DNA of 64,000 bases from Nitrosopumilus sp. (lineage in GTDB: Archaea > Thermoproteota > Nitrososphaeria > Nitrososphaerales > Nitrosopumilaceae), in the NCBI GenBank assembly GCA_965207445.1, contig CBDBLX010000002.1:1367849-1431848 (forward strand), in the 5' to 3' direction. The position numbers and the translations under genes are program-made. Of this stretch, positions 54,210 to 64,000 are shown piece after piece (positions within the stretch are counted from its first letter, which is position 1; each line of letters begins with the position of its first letter). The notes beneath the pieces were generated by a model. That model saw only the letters and a program-made list of their open reading frames with translations, made no database searches and was not told the origin of the DNA.

Positions 54210-55874
54210 TTATTTTTTTGAGATATTCATATAATATTGATGTATCGTATCGTGTATTTTATCAATGTCTGTGATGTTATGGTCTATGATATACTGCAAT
54301 GTATTCATTCTATCTGTAAGATTAGATTTGACATCTGTTATACCTAACATTAATTTCATGTCTTGGGATAATTTCTGACTCTTTGCAATTACAGTGTCAA
54401 TATCATCAGGCAATAACTGATTTGAGGCATTATCATAATAGAAAATATCAGTTAACTGATTCTCATCTTTGATGATATTACCAGTATTGTCATACTTTTT
54501 GTTATTCTCAGTAATGGCAGTGAGTTTACGCTGCCTTTTTCCATCATGCAAAATCCAGGACATGTGTAAAATGTATGTTAAAAGAGATGTTTGGGACTTT
54601 GATAGTGATATGGGTTCTGCCTCTAGTCTAGTTATGGCATGCTCTGCATTTGTTGCATGGAATGAACACATACACCCAGAACCAGATGCTGCTGCTTGAA
54701 ATAGACCGTCTGCTTCCTTTCCTAGTATTTCACCTACTACAACAAAGTCGGGTCTAAAGCGCAATGATAATTTGCATAAATCAAACACATCAAAGTTCAC
54801 CATATTAGTATTACCAGCATTTAGTGACGAATTTATTGTAGTTTGATGTCGGCTCACATACTGGTGCGGCAACCGTAATTCCAAGACATCCTCGATAGTG
54901 TAATAATGCCAGTTTGGATTTGACATTGTAAAAATGGCATTTATCATTGTAGTTTTGCCTGCAGATGGAGCTCCTATTATCAGACCGAATCCACGCAGGT
55001 CCATTATACACCACAAATATGCAGCTGCCAAAGTTGAAAGTATGCCACTAGATAATAAATGATATATGGTAATATAAGATGTTGATGGTTTTCTAATTGA
55101 TATTGTGGGAGAGTCTGGTGTAATTTTACGATTGCCAGTAAATGTGTATCGCTCACCATACTCACCAGAAAACGATGTCATTGGTCGTGTATCATTGGGT
55201 GGCTCACCGTGTCGTTGTGATACACGCTGTATTAGTTGCTCCATGTCTGATTCGCACTGAAATTGCACGTTTGTTCTCAAAAGTGTGTGTTGAGGATGGT
55301 TCTTGTGAACTATTGCAACAGGTCGATTCCAGTATATACATAGTATGTCTTCAATATTAGGATCTTTCATGAAAACATCTAGTTCTGCTAGTCCCAAGAT
55401 ATTTCGCATCATATAATATTCAATTGACTCTTTTTCCATTTTCCACACATCAAAGTCAGATGTGCCTTTTGATTCTGCCTCTAATGTACGACGTAATAGA
55501 TTCATGATATTGTCGCGTTCTATGATATTGTCATATGTGAAAGAGTGGTGTATGTTAGTCATAAGTCGGTCGTATGCACGTCTAGCATTTAGTGAGAGAG
55601 GAGGCTCTCTTATGATGTATTGACCATCTGATGTTATGTATACGTGGGCGTTACCTCTATTAGATAGTGTTTTGTTGTTTGCAGTACTGCCACTGCCGCC
55701 GCCACCACCACCGTGTACATGTGAGGCATTTACCAAATATTCCTCTACAATATCATAGTTGGTAATATCAGCATCAAATCTACATATTGGATAGGTTATC
55801 TTTTTTCTTTCGCGTTCTATCGTTTTTCTTTTTTGTTGTTGTTGTTGTTGTTTTTGGTTATTTTGTTTCATCAT
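54210..55874 (-). CDS. Type IV pilus/archaellum assembly ATPase (VirB11/FlaI/TadA family)
   Basis: DPNIEDI, TISIRK, GAPSAGKTTMINA, TIEDVLEL, SLRFRPDFVVVGEILGKEA, SFHA. Confidence 0.92.
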   Translation of the reverse strand: MMKQNNQKQQQQQQKRKTIERERKKITYPICRFDADITNYDIVEEYLVNASHVHGGGGGGSGSTANNKTLSNRGNAHVYITSDGQYIIREPPLSLNARRAYDRLMTNIHHSFTYDNIIERDNIMNLLRRTLEAESKGTSDFDVWKMEKESIEYYMMRNILGLAELDVFMKDPNIEDILCIYWNRPVAIVHKNHPQHTLLRTNVQFQCESDMEQLIQRVSQRHGEPPNDTRPMTSFSGEYGERYTFTGNRKITPDSPTISIRKPSTSYITIYHLLSSGILSTLAAAYLWCIMDLRGFGLIIGAPSAGKTTMINAIFTMSNPNWHYYTIEDVLELRLPHQYVSRHQTTINSSLNAGNTNMVNFDVFDLCKLSLRFRPDFVVVGEILGKEADGLFQAAASGSGCMCSFHATNAEHAITRLEAEPISLSKSQTSLLTYILHMSWILHDGKRQRKLTAITENNKKYDNTGNIIKDENQLTDIFYYDNASNQLLPDDIDTVIAKSQKLSQDMKLMLGITDVKSNLTDRMNTLQYIIDHNITDIDKIHDTIHQYYMNISKK

Positions 55875-56071
55875 ATCACACTAAACCTTTTTGATCATAG
55901 TGCAAGGACACAACTGCAATCCCCACAAATTTACATTACACAACACATTCCAAATATTACTATAATGCCAATATGCATTGTCATAAACTACACGATCATA
56001 CCTGTCACTACTACAATACACCATACTTTCATAATCTATTATAATTTAAAAATACAAAAAACTAAAATGTT

Positions 56072-56220
56072 GTGTGAACCAAGCTCCATGACAGATGCAC
56101 TCATTTGAAAATAACTCCTAGCCAAATGCATTGCATGCACAATATTCAATATACAGACAAAAATGTGATCAAACACAAGTGTGTAATTTTATTATTGCAT
56201 CTAAAAATCTCGATTCACAC
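56072..56220. mobile_element. MITE family B, copy 2 (149 bp, inverted relative to copy 1)
   Basis: GTGTGAACCAAGCTCCATGAC...GATTCACAC is a diverged reverse complement of 2395-2543; flanks AAAATGTT / AAAATATT (7 of 8 match). Confidence 0.8.
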
Positions 56221-56295
56221 AAAATATTTGATTTGCATCTTGGTAAGTACATATGACTGGCATTGTGACTGGTATATATGAATAATCGTGAGTGT

Positions 56296-56375
56296 TCACA
56301 TCTACTGAATGGTTCTTTATATGTAGTTGATCACATCTACTGAATGGTTCTTTATATGTAGTTGATCACATCTAC
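56296..56375. repeat. 35 bp tandem duplication, about 2.3 copies
   Basis: TCACATCTACTGAATGGTTCTTTATATGTAGTTGA twice plus a partial unit. Confidence 0.9.
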
Positions 56376-56455
56376 GGGGATTATATACAAAAGTATTCTA
56401 GGTAGTGTCCAGCACAGCTTACACACCATTATCCTGTTGCTTTGACCACATATGC

Positions 56456-59338
56456 CTACTTTATAATCTCAGATACCACACTGTCAATATTTTGGCTGAC
56501 TCCATCATCCCTTAGTGCCTGTTTAATTTTGTTATATGTTGGATCAGGTATGCCGGATGCTACTTGTTCGGCATGTTTAGCATAGTTTACAAGCTTTACA
56601 TGATTTGGATTTTTTTCATTGAAACGTGGAATTGGAATTTCATGCCAAAAATATGTGTGAAAGTCTCGGTCAGATTTTCTTGTTTGTTGAAAACGGTCAT
56701 GTAAATAGTCGGCATTTAGGATGCCCACTAGAAAAAGTGATTCCGACATAGATCTAGTACGTACTAGGTAAAGATTATCAGTGCACAGCATTGGTTTAAT
56801 TTGTCTTGCTGCATATAGATTGGCTCCGGACTTGTTATATAATACCAAATGTTTATTGAAGGGGAATTGATTACTCAAAGCATTGTTGAAATTAAGACGT
56901 TCCTCCAAAGTTTTTGGCGTGGTGGTACCAGTTCCACAATGTGCAGAATAAATGTCGGATACATGTCGCCACCATTTTTCATTATTACGATTTTTTAAGA
57001 ATGCACCATTATTATCTATGGGGAGTATTACATTGTATGGAGTACCAACTACAAAAGGATACAACCCATTCTTATTTGATAATACATCATGCATCCAAAT
57101 TTTTGGCACCCCATCGTTTACTTCAAATGTCATACCTCTCCATACCCCTTGAACACTATGTTTCGTAGTACCGTATATTCGGTTTTCATATTTTTTTGTA
57201 TTTTCTAAAATTACCAAACAATGTGGCACGATTGTAGCTCCTTGATGTGCTATTGGTTTTTTGTCTTCAAACCATTCAGATTTTTTTATTTTATATTGTT
57301 TTATAGAAATAAATTTAGATTTTTGATTTAACGTGTCCCAACTTTCAGACGGATTCGGTGTTCCTTCACCATCATTCATAACTAATCTCTGCGGTTTTTG
57401 TCTAGACATACCAAACATATTAACACATGCCTTGGAATGTTCGGGAAATGCTAAATCTCCCAGATCATATACTACTGGAGCCTTTGTCTGCTCGACATAT
57501 TTTATCCAGTTACCACCCTTCATGGCCGCATCAGGTAGCACCCAGCCGGATATCATATCTTCTAGGCCGTATATTTTCTGGCATTGAAGGACAAACAAAG
57601 ATGCAATGTTAAAGCCTGTTGCATTCTTACCACCTGACCATAGATCAAGTTTCTTTGCAAGTTGAATCGTTTCATTCTTACGCGCCTCATCTTGAATACT
57701 AGACATGCGTACCCATGGCGGATTTGCCACTATTCTCGATACGCTCTGCTTTAAAAGATAAACACCTGCATAATTTATCACATACCATGCCCATATGTCA
57801 TTGCCTTCTTTTCTGCATACATTTGTCAGCACGTTAAACGCCTTGTGTAGTACCTCTCGCCTTGATTCTTCCTTGATGTCATCATCGACTCGTGCCGGAA
57901 AAGCTCTGCCGTGTACTGCTGCTTTTACAAACTGATGCATTTTTGCATCAAAATTCTTTGATTGTATAAATTCAAGTGGCATGCGTATCTCGGTGCCTTC
58001 TCTTGACGTTATCTTGAAGATGTGGCTTTCCAACTCGTCTATCCTTTGCTGTTCGTCATCATCTACATTGCGGGTAATTTGTAGTGAATCACCTTGGTAC
58101 ACGTGTAATGGAGCACCGGGTTTGTCCGGCAGTGCGCGAAGTATATTGGCCTTTGCCATTGCGACTGCCACTGGATGTATGTCAATGCCATATATCATCT
58201 GTACTATCATATCCGTAAGATCACGATCAGTCATGGTTGCATCAATCACTGGTTTTGAATTTATGATGCGTCTTACTGCATGATAAAGAAACGTACCAGA
58301 ACCACATGCAGGATCCATAATACCACCAAGACTTTTGTTTGCGTTGTGATCATTTCCTGATCGTACCCAACTCTCAATATACTCATCATCTATCACATCC
58401 ATGCATAGTTTTTCAGCAAGCCAGTCTGGCGTATAATATTCACCATAGATGTGCCTGTCTTTTTTATCGACAAGCCCCATGTATATGGCACGCAGTGTAT
58501 CAGCAGTGGTTTGTTTCCAATTACGTTCTTTGATTAAAGCATCCACATATGAAAACCCGTCTGTGTCCTTGGCCCATGATGCAAACCCATATCTGATTTC
58601 AGCACTTCCGTACATTTCCGATATTTTAGTTGATATCACTATAAGCAGTGTATGTAACACAAATAACTCATCCTTATGGCCGCCATCAGGCTGGTTCCCT
58701 GATATCTTGAGTTGTCTGTACCACAATTCACGTTGTGTTATGACATCCCTTACATCCTTTTTCTTTTCATATGTATCTGTTAGTATCTCAAGAGATTCCT
58801 TGAACATGTCAGTGGGATCTTCAGGCGCCCATTCTTTTCCCACCTTTCTGTCCACTAGGAGTTTTTTGAGCATGTGTATGTTTGTCGAGTCTAAACGTCT
58901 GCCTTTCCATTCTGTAAGTGTCTTGAGTCCGGTATCTGTCAGTTCGAAAATATACCATATTTGACTGTCAGTAACTATCCCAAGCCATGGTAAATCCATG
59001 TCATCTTCTGACGTGTCAAGCCCTCTGATTTCATTTGGTTTTTCTGCATTGATGTATCTACCAACCTGGTCAAGTGGTGTCTCGCCTGGACGTGAGCCGT
59101 ATGCTTGATTATATGGCTGTGCATGTCCCTTTTGTTTTACTTCAATCATAACACGTCTGTTTGGAAGATAGATATCTGCTGGCCCTTCATTTGTTTGGTA
59201 TTCTACACGTACCATTGGAGCACCTACAGAATAAAGCCAGTCGCGAATGTTGGCTCGACGCGTTTCCTCATTATCGCTTACAGGGTGTAATAGGCGCCAT
59301 TCGGGTGTGTTCCTGTCACTGTTCTTTACAGAGGCCAT
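56456..59338 (-). CDS. Type IIG-like restriction endonuclease-N6 methyltransferase fusion
   Basis: PADIYL..MIEVK nuclease motif; GEYYTPDWLA, MDPACGSGTFL, IYGIDIHP, ANPPW. Confidence 0.9.
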   Translation of the reverse strand: MASVKNSDRNTPEWRLLHPVSDNEETRRANIRDWLYSVGAPMVRVEYQTNEGPADIYLPNRRVMIEVKQKGHAQPYNQAYGSRPGETPLDQVGRYINAEKPNEIRGLDTSEDDMDLPWLGIVTDSQIWYIFELTDTGLKTLTEWKGRRLDSTNIHMLKKLLVDRKVGKEWAPEDPTDMFKESLEILTDTYEKKKDVRDVITQRELWYRQLKISGNQPDGGHKDELFVLHTLLIVISTKISEMYGSAEIRYGFASWAKDTDGFSYVDALIKERNWKQTTADTLRAIYMGLVDKKDRHIYGEYYTPDWLAEKLCMDVIDDEYIESWVRSGNDHNANKSLGGIMDPACGSGTFLYHAVRRIINSKPVIDATMTDRDLTDMIVQMIYGIDIHPVAVAMAKANILRALPDKPGAPLHVYQGDSLQITRNVDDDEQQRIDELESHIFKITSREGTEIRMPLEFIQSKNFDAKMHQFVKAAVHGRAFPARVDDDIKEESRREVLHKAFNVLTNVCRKEGNDIWAWYVINYAGVYLLKQSVSRIVANPPWVRMSSIQDEARKNETIQLAKKLDLWSGGKNATGFNIASLFVLQCQKIYGLEDMISGWVLPDAAMKGGNWIKYVEQTKAPVVYDLGDLAFPEHSKACVNMFGMSRQKPQRLVMNDGEGTPNPSESWDTLNQKSKFISIKQYKIKKSEWFEDKKPIAHQGATIVPHCLVILENTKKYENRIYGTTKHSVQGVWRGMTFEVNDGVPKIWMHDVLSNKNGLYPFVVGTPYNVILPIDNNGAFLKNRNNEKWWRHVSDIYSAHCGTGTTTPKTLEERLNFNNALSNQFPFNKHLVLYNKSGANLYAARQIKPMLCTDNLYLVRTRSMSESLFLVGILNADYLHDRFQQTRKSDRDFHTYFWHEIPIPRFNEKNPNHVKLVNYAKHAEQVASGIPDPTYNKIKQALRDDGVSQNIDSVVSEIIK

Positions 59339-59461
59339 GACAACAACCTCCTTTTCTTTTTTTGTTTTTGTGCAGTTACACTACATATAAAATATCGTTT
59401 GTCAAAAACATCTTTACAGTTAACTTTACATTTGCAAAAACAAAGCCCCCAATGTCGAGGG

Positions 59462-59505
59462 TACTTCTCTGTTACTTCTCTGTTACTTCTCTGTTACTTC
59501 TCTGT
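59462..59505. repeat. 11 bp tandem repeat TACTTCTCTGT, 4 copies
   Basis: Read directly; lies next to the 3' end of the IS1595 remnant. Confidence 0.9.
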
Positions 59506-59519
59506 AATATTATTGACAT

Positions 59520-60467
59520 TCATACAACACCTCCATCAAGCATACTAGGAGTTATGAGCGTCTTATGCGTAAGCCTCGATCCGACCATGCTCTCGGCCAT
59601 TGTCCCCATCATATCTATCATGTCCATGTTCCTAATGTTGTACCGTCCTGCGAATTCATTAACGTATCGGTACAAGTGATCCTCTGAGATGTGGTGATAT
59701 ACACCGGCATACCCGCGCTTCATCGTGGACCAGAAAGATTACATGCCATTTGTATGAACATGTCCCCTTACATACTCTCCCACGGAGTGGTTGACGGATT
59801 CGTGATTCAACAGTCCGGTGTATGACGAGTTCTCATCTGTGTATTTCTTGTTGTCCTTGTCGACGTGCCTGTCGATGAAGTCAGTGAGTCTTGCCTTTGT
59901 GGTCTCCGGTACGAACTTGGCAGTTATCTTGTTGGTCATGCGATCCTTGGCCCCGACTACGGCAGTCTTCTTCTTGGTGCCCCTCTTGTCGGCGTGGCGG
60001 TTCATGTCGGAGTCGCCGAAGAACGCTTCGTCGATCTCGGCCGGACCCGTCATGCCGTCCACACCCACCAGATTTTTCCACAATTCGCGGAAGCGGTGTA
60101 TCATAAACCATGCGCCCTTCTGCGTCATGCCAAAGTCACGGTGGATATTCATTGGCAATACACCCTTGAGGTTGATGGCAACCAGATACGTGCCTATGGC
60201 CCACTTGCGGTATGAAATCTTGGGAGATTCCATGACCGTACCCCTCTTGACTGAAAAGTACGATCTGCATCCGTGATAATAATACGGCATGATCAGATGA
60301 CTTGCTTTTATGGTATCAGGGTTGTTGTATGTGGGACATCTGCGCCCGTCCTTTCATATCCTTTATTCGAACCACTGTTCGGCAGTCTTGTTGTCAGGGA
60401 ACATCTCAAACAACCTAATCAGCAGGATGCCCTTCCTGAAGTGCTTGCCCGGCGTATTCTGGCTCAT
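59520..60467 (-). pseudogene. IS1595-family transposase with in-frame stops
   Basis: MFPDNKTAEQWFE*RI*, FSVKRGTVME, AEIDEAFFG, YTDE, HESVNHSVGEYVRGHVHTNGM*SFWSTMKRG, HLYRYVNEFAGRYN; visibly higher GC than the flanks. Confidence 0.92.
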
Positions 60468-60639
60468 GGTATTCTACTGCACCACTCGATACAAAGACTA
60501 CTTTTATATATAATCCCGGTGTTTTGTATCGTGCATTTAATTATCTCCATTTACAAGGTATGGACAGTCTCATCTATTTATTCTCATAAATTGTAAAAGT
60601 CATTAAAAATGAAGACAACGTCAGGTATACAGAATAACA

Positions 60640-63600
60640 CTAGACGGTAATCTTTTTGATCTGTTTGTATGCCACACATGATAGTATTAATCCCATTATT
60701 ACTAGTGATATTAACCACCATCTAGGCTCATCTAATTTCTTTGGGGCATATGGTTTTAGTGGTTCGACGTATGCATGTGCCTCACCGCCCCATTCATTAT
60801 ACAATATGATGTGTAATGTTTGATTCAGAGTAGGTGGGTTTCGCTGGGGTGGTGGTTGCTGCGACTGTGGCGTATGTTTTACATCATTACCCTCATCTTT
60901 TTGCACTAAAAGCGACAATGATGCAGTAGGTATGATACATAGATTATCATTATTATTGGAAAAACAGTAGGGTATTGTCACATTGTTAATTTCCACTCTT
61001 TTAACCATCCCAAAATTATATGGTTGTGAAATGATAAGACTACCAACATGTGTCTCTACTATGGCAATATTATCAGTTCTAGCATTTATGGTTATATTCT
61101 CTAGACCTCCAAAATTATAATATTCAGAGTTGTATGTGTGTATAGTATCATTAATTGATATGTGACGTGTGATTGGAGAAGGTAAAGATAGTCCTAGATG
61201 GTATGGTAGGCCTAATCGAAATGATTCAAGGTCATTTTTTGCATAAAGTTGTACTAGTGTTTGAATGTCATTTATCTCCGAGAGTGTGCGATTATAGTGA
61301 TAAGTGGTATCAATTATGATTTGAGGTTGTGAGGTTGTTGTATTATGATGTGGGGTAATGTTGTCAGTAGATGTAGATGAAGAAAAAAAGAACGTAAAAA
61401 ATGATGAAAGGGAGGTATCATTGGTGAAAATCGAACTCCATGGAATATTTTTTTGTCCACGTTTTTTGTTTTCATTTTTGTTATTGTTGGTATTGTTATT
61501 GTTGGTATCATCTAAATTATTACCATATTGCACATCATCATCATCATCACCATCTTGCAAAGATGGTTGGGATGTATCATTGTAAAATGCACTCATCTGT
61601 TTTTTGTGCGCCTCTATTATATCAGATGATATTGTAAAGTCAGCAAACTGCAGACTGGTTCGCAATATTGTAGTATTTAGTACACCATAACTATTCCACT
61701 CTTGTTGCATATCATATGTATCATCTAGTATCGCATTGGTGATTATGGTATTGTTTTTTGTATCGTGCATAATCTTGTCATGAATATATGATGAGAGATA
61801 TTCTACATTATCATTATTGCCACGATTACCTACAATGGCAGCATCAATATTACCAGATGTACTAGTATTACCAGATGTACTAGTATTACCATATTGCATA
61901 GTAGTAAAATTATACGGTTCGACTTTCAATCCCAACAAGTCTGCTGTTTGTATCGTGCCGTTCTGGTCAATTGATGTAATAATGATTTGTTTGGTAAATG
62001 GTGCATCTACATAGCGCATTATAGTCTTGTATAGATGTGTCTGTGCTAAACCTGCAAAATCATAACTATATGCATCAACTACACTAGTGATATTTTCATA
62101 TCTAGTGCCACCTGGCGGATGAGGTATAATGCTGCGATCATTATAGTTTATTGTATTGTTATTAAAAACATCAAAAGATGTTAAATTAAACAAAGAATTG
62201 AATCTCGGCAAGCTCTGTATATTTGGCAACCCTGTAGTAATATTTTGCAAAAATCTATTAGGTGCAATGTTGTTAATAGTGCTATTATTTGTCAGGGGAT
62301 TTTCATTATTGCCAAATATGTGACCGTCATTGAGAAATGTGTCGTTTAGACCAGTATTCCTAATCATATTAGCATGATCTAATATTGTAATGTTTGGTGT
62401 ATAATTTCTAGTTGTAAGATTTTTGTACCCAAAGACATAATCAGATATTGGCCACTCTAATAGTGCCACACCGTATCCTTGTTGTATGAACATTATACTA
62501 TTAGCATAATTTGTGTAAGAGAGGGCTGAAGAACTATTATTATTACTATGACCATATAATATAATATTACGCGCTTCATCTAATCGAGGTTTCTCTGCAG
62601 TGATAAAATCAATCTGATTGCCATAGTAATAGTCATAGGCAGTATTTGTCGTCTGCCAACTGTTGATATATGAGCGGCGTTCGGGCCACAAGATTTTATC
62701 TTTGTGTATGATAGTGTTAATATCATTGCCATTATTATCATTGATTTGATATCGCCTATTATTGTTATCACTGGTATGATCATTATATATTATAGTCGCA
62801 ACCTGATGTGTAGTTGATGGGACTATTATGGTCTGATTTATACTAGTACCATTAGATAATATTGTTTCAACAATTTTCGTTTTGGTTGTATGAGGCCACA
62901 ACTCATCTTGCCAACTGCCCATATATTTCATAATAATTCCACGTCGATTGTCATAACTATACTTGTGGCCATCTGCCAATACTGGATACGAATATGCAAT
63001 CTCATATACCGGATTGTACGCTACAATTGTAGCATTGGTTGTGCCATTACCATATGCCACATCTCGATTGATATTGTAGGCAGTCATATTATATGTAAAA
63101 TCATACAAACCATATGCAAAGTTATTTGTCGCATTGTATATGGTCATTCCATCACCATTACCATATGTGAGGAATTCGGTGTGCCATGTCTGTGGATATT
63201 GTAATTGAGTTTTATGTGTACAAGGAAATGTTTCTGTAGTGTTGATGCAATGAAAATGATCCTCTATTGGTAAAATTGTATTATTATGATGTATTGTAAA
63301 ATTAATGTGCTTGTACCTTTCATCTTTCCACTTCCATGATGGTTCATGATAAACATAAACAGGGTCATTATGATAATAGGTGCCATCTTTATTTTTAGCC
63401 TCATATTTACCATCATGTTTACCATCATGTTTACCAGTATGGTGATACATTGGGGGTTTTGTTAATATGACATGTAAAGAGGGATCTTGTATCAGAGGTG
63501 CAAAATTCTTGGTTGTAGTCTTTATGGCTTTGATCGGCGTCCCACCTGCCTGATGATATGGTGTTAGATATGTGCCCTTTAGTGTAAAATCAAATACTAT

Positions 63601-63987
63601 AGTATCTTTGCCATTTATGGTTAGAGTGTTGGGGTATGCATTTCCCTTTTTTTCATCTATTATAACATTACATGTATCAGGTGCTACCACATACGACGAA
63701 TTATCAATATTGGGTGGAATGTCATTTACATTTATTCCTCTAGATGCAAGTTCATCATACAAACAGACCCTTTGAGTATGAGGTCTTATCTCTACTGTAC
63801 CATATATGCACCCTGAATCAGCTTGTAATCTATCAGTATGACACATCATATTGACGCGCTCATCAAATTGCCTCTTACTATTAGAGTCTGCATATGATTC
63901 AAACTCTTTTTGTGATATTGTACTATTACCTTTGACTAGTTGCCATACATACGTGGGCCGATTCAGTATATCCTTGTCACTACGCAC
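60640..63987 (-). CDS. Large surface protein with a C-terminal TM anchor (5' end probably outside the window)
   Basis: More than 1100 aa, Asn/Thr-rich, many NxT/S sequons, C-terminal WWLISLVIMGLILSCVAYKQIKK. Confidence 0.75.
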   Translation of the reverse strand: MRSDKDILNRPTYVWQLVKGNSTISQKEFESYADSNSKRQFDERVNMMCHTDRLQADSGCIYGTVEIRPHTQRVCLYDELASRGINVNDIPPNIDNSSYVVAPDTCNVIIDEKKGNAYPNTLTINGKDTIVFDFTLKGTYLTPYHQAGGTPIKAIKTTTKNFAPLIQDPSLHVILTKPPMYHHTGKHDGKHDGKYEAKNKDGTYYHNDPVYVYHEPSWKWKDERYKHINFTIHHNNTILPIEDHFHCINTTETFPCTHKTQLQYPQTWHTEFLTYGNGDGMTIYNATNNFAYGLYDFTYNMTAYNINRDVAYGNGTTNATIVAYNPVYEIAYSYPVLADGHKYSYDNRRGIIMKYMGSWQDELWPHTTKTKIVETILSNGTSINQTIIVPSTTHQVATIIYNDHTSDNNNRRYQINDNNGNDINTIIHKDKILWPERRSYINSWQTTNTAYDYYYGNQIDFITAEKPRLDEARNIILYGHSNNNSSSALSYTNYANSIMFIQQGYGVALLEWPISDYVFGYKNLTTRNYTPNITILDHANMIRNTGLNDTFLNDGHIFGNNENPLTNNSTINNIAPNRFLQNITTGLPNIQSLPRFNSLFNLTSFDVFNNNTINYNDRSIIPHPPGGTRYENITSVVDAYSYDFAGLAQTHLYKTIMRYVDAPFTKQIIITSIDQNGTIQTADLLGLKVEPYNFTTMQYGNTSTSGNTSTSGNIDAAIVGNRGNNDNVEYLSSYIHDKIMHDTKNNTIITNAILDDTYDMQQEWNSYGVLNTTILRTSLQFADFTISSDIIEAHKKQMSAFYNDTSQPSLQDGDDDDDVQYGNNLDDTNNNNTNNNKNENKKRGQKNIPWSSIFTNDTSLSSFFTFFFSSSTSTDNITPHHNTTTSQPQIIIDTTYHYNRTLSEINDIQTLVQLYAKNDLESFRLGLPYHLGLSLPSPITRHISINDTIHTYNSEYYNFGGLENITINARTDNIAIVETHVGSLIISQPYNFGMVKRVEINNVTIPYCFSNNNDNLCIIPTASLSLLVQKDEGNDVKHTPQSQQPPPQRNPPTLNQTLHIILYNEWGGEAHAYVEPLKPYAPKKLDEPRWWLISLVIMGLILSCVAYKQIKKITV

Positions 63988-64000
63988 ATTAGAATCATAT

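Overview
This is an AT-rich 64 kb window that reads as part of a large mobile element (integrative conjugative element or plasmid) of an archaeon, most likely a Nitrososphaerota (thaumarchaeote). A host-associated lifestyle is suggested by the NHL/cadherin adhesin and widespread gene decay. It encodes a replication module (AEP-like primase fused to a D5/SF3 helicase, followed by iteron-like repeats), conjugation-type genes (VirD4/VirB4-like ATPase, VirB6-like and PrgI-like membrane proteins) and an archaeal type IV pilus set (ATPase, TadC/FlaJ-like platform, pilin, prepilin peptidase, large surface proteins). It also carries its own TFB-like factor, two Type IIG restriction-modification fusions, two RecB/RNase H-like nucleases and two Panacea/SocA-like genes. 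Transposons comprise an intact IS110 transposase, decayed IS6 and IS1595 elements and two MITE families. No rRNA, convincing tRNA, CRISPR array, integrase or canonical relaxase was seen. The strongest unexplained signals are a structured non-coding RNA candidate (bridge-RNA-like) directly downstream of the IS110 transposase, a family of ~80 bp inverted-repeat elements at the borders of cargo genes, and a TFB-ParB-like-HTH-prepilin peptidase operon. All protein calls come from motifs recognised by eye, with no database searches.
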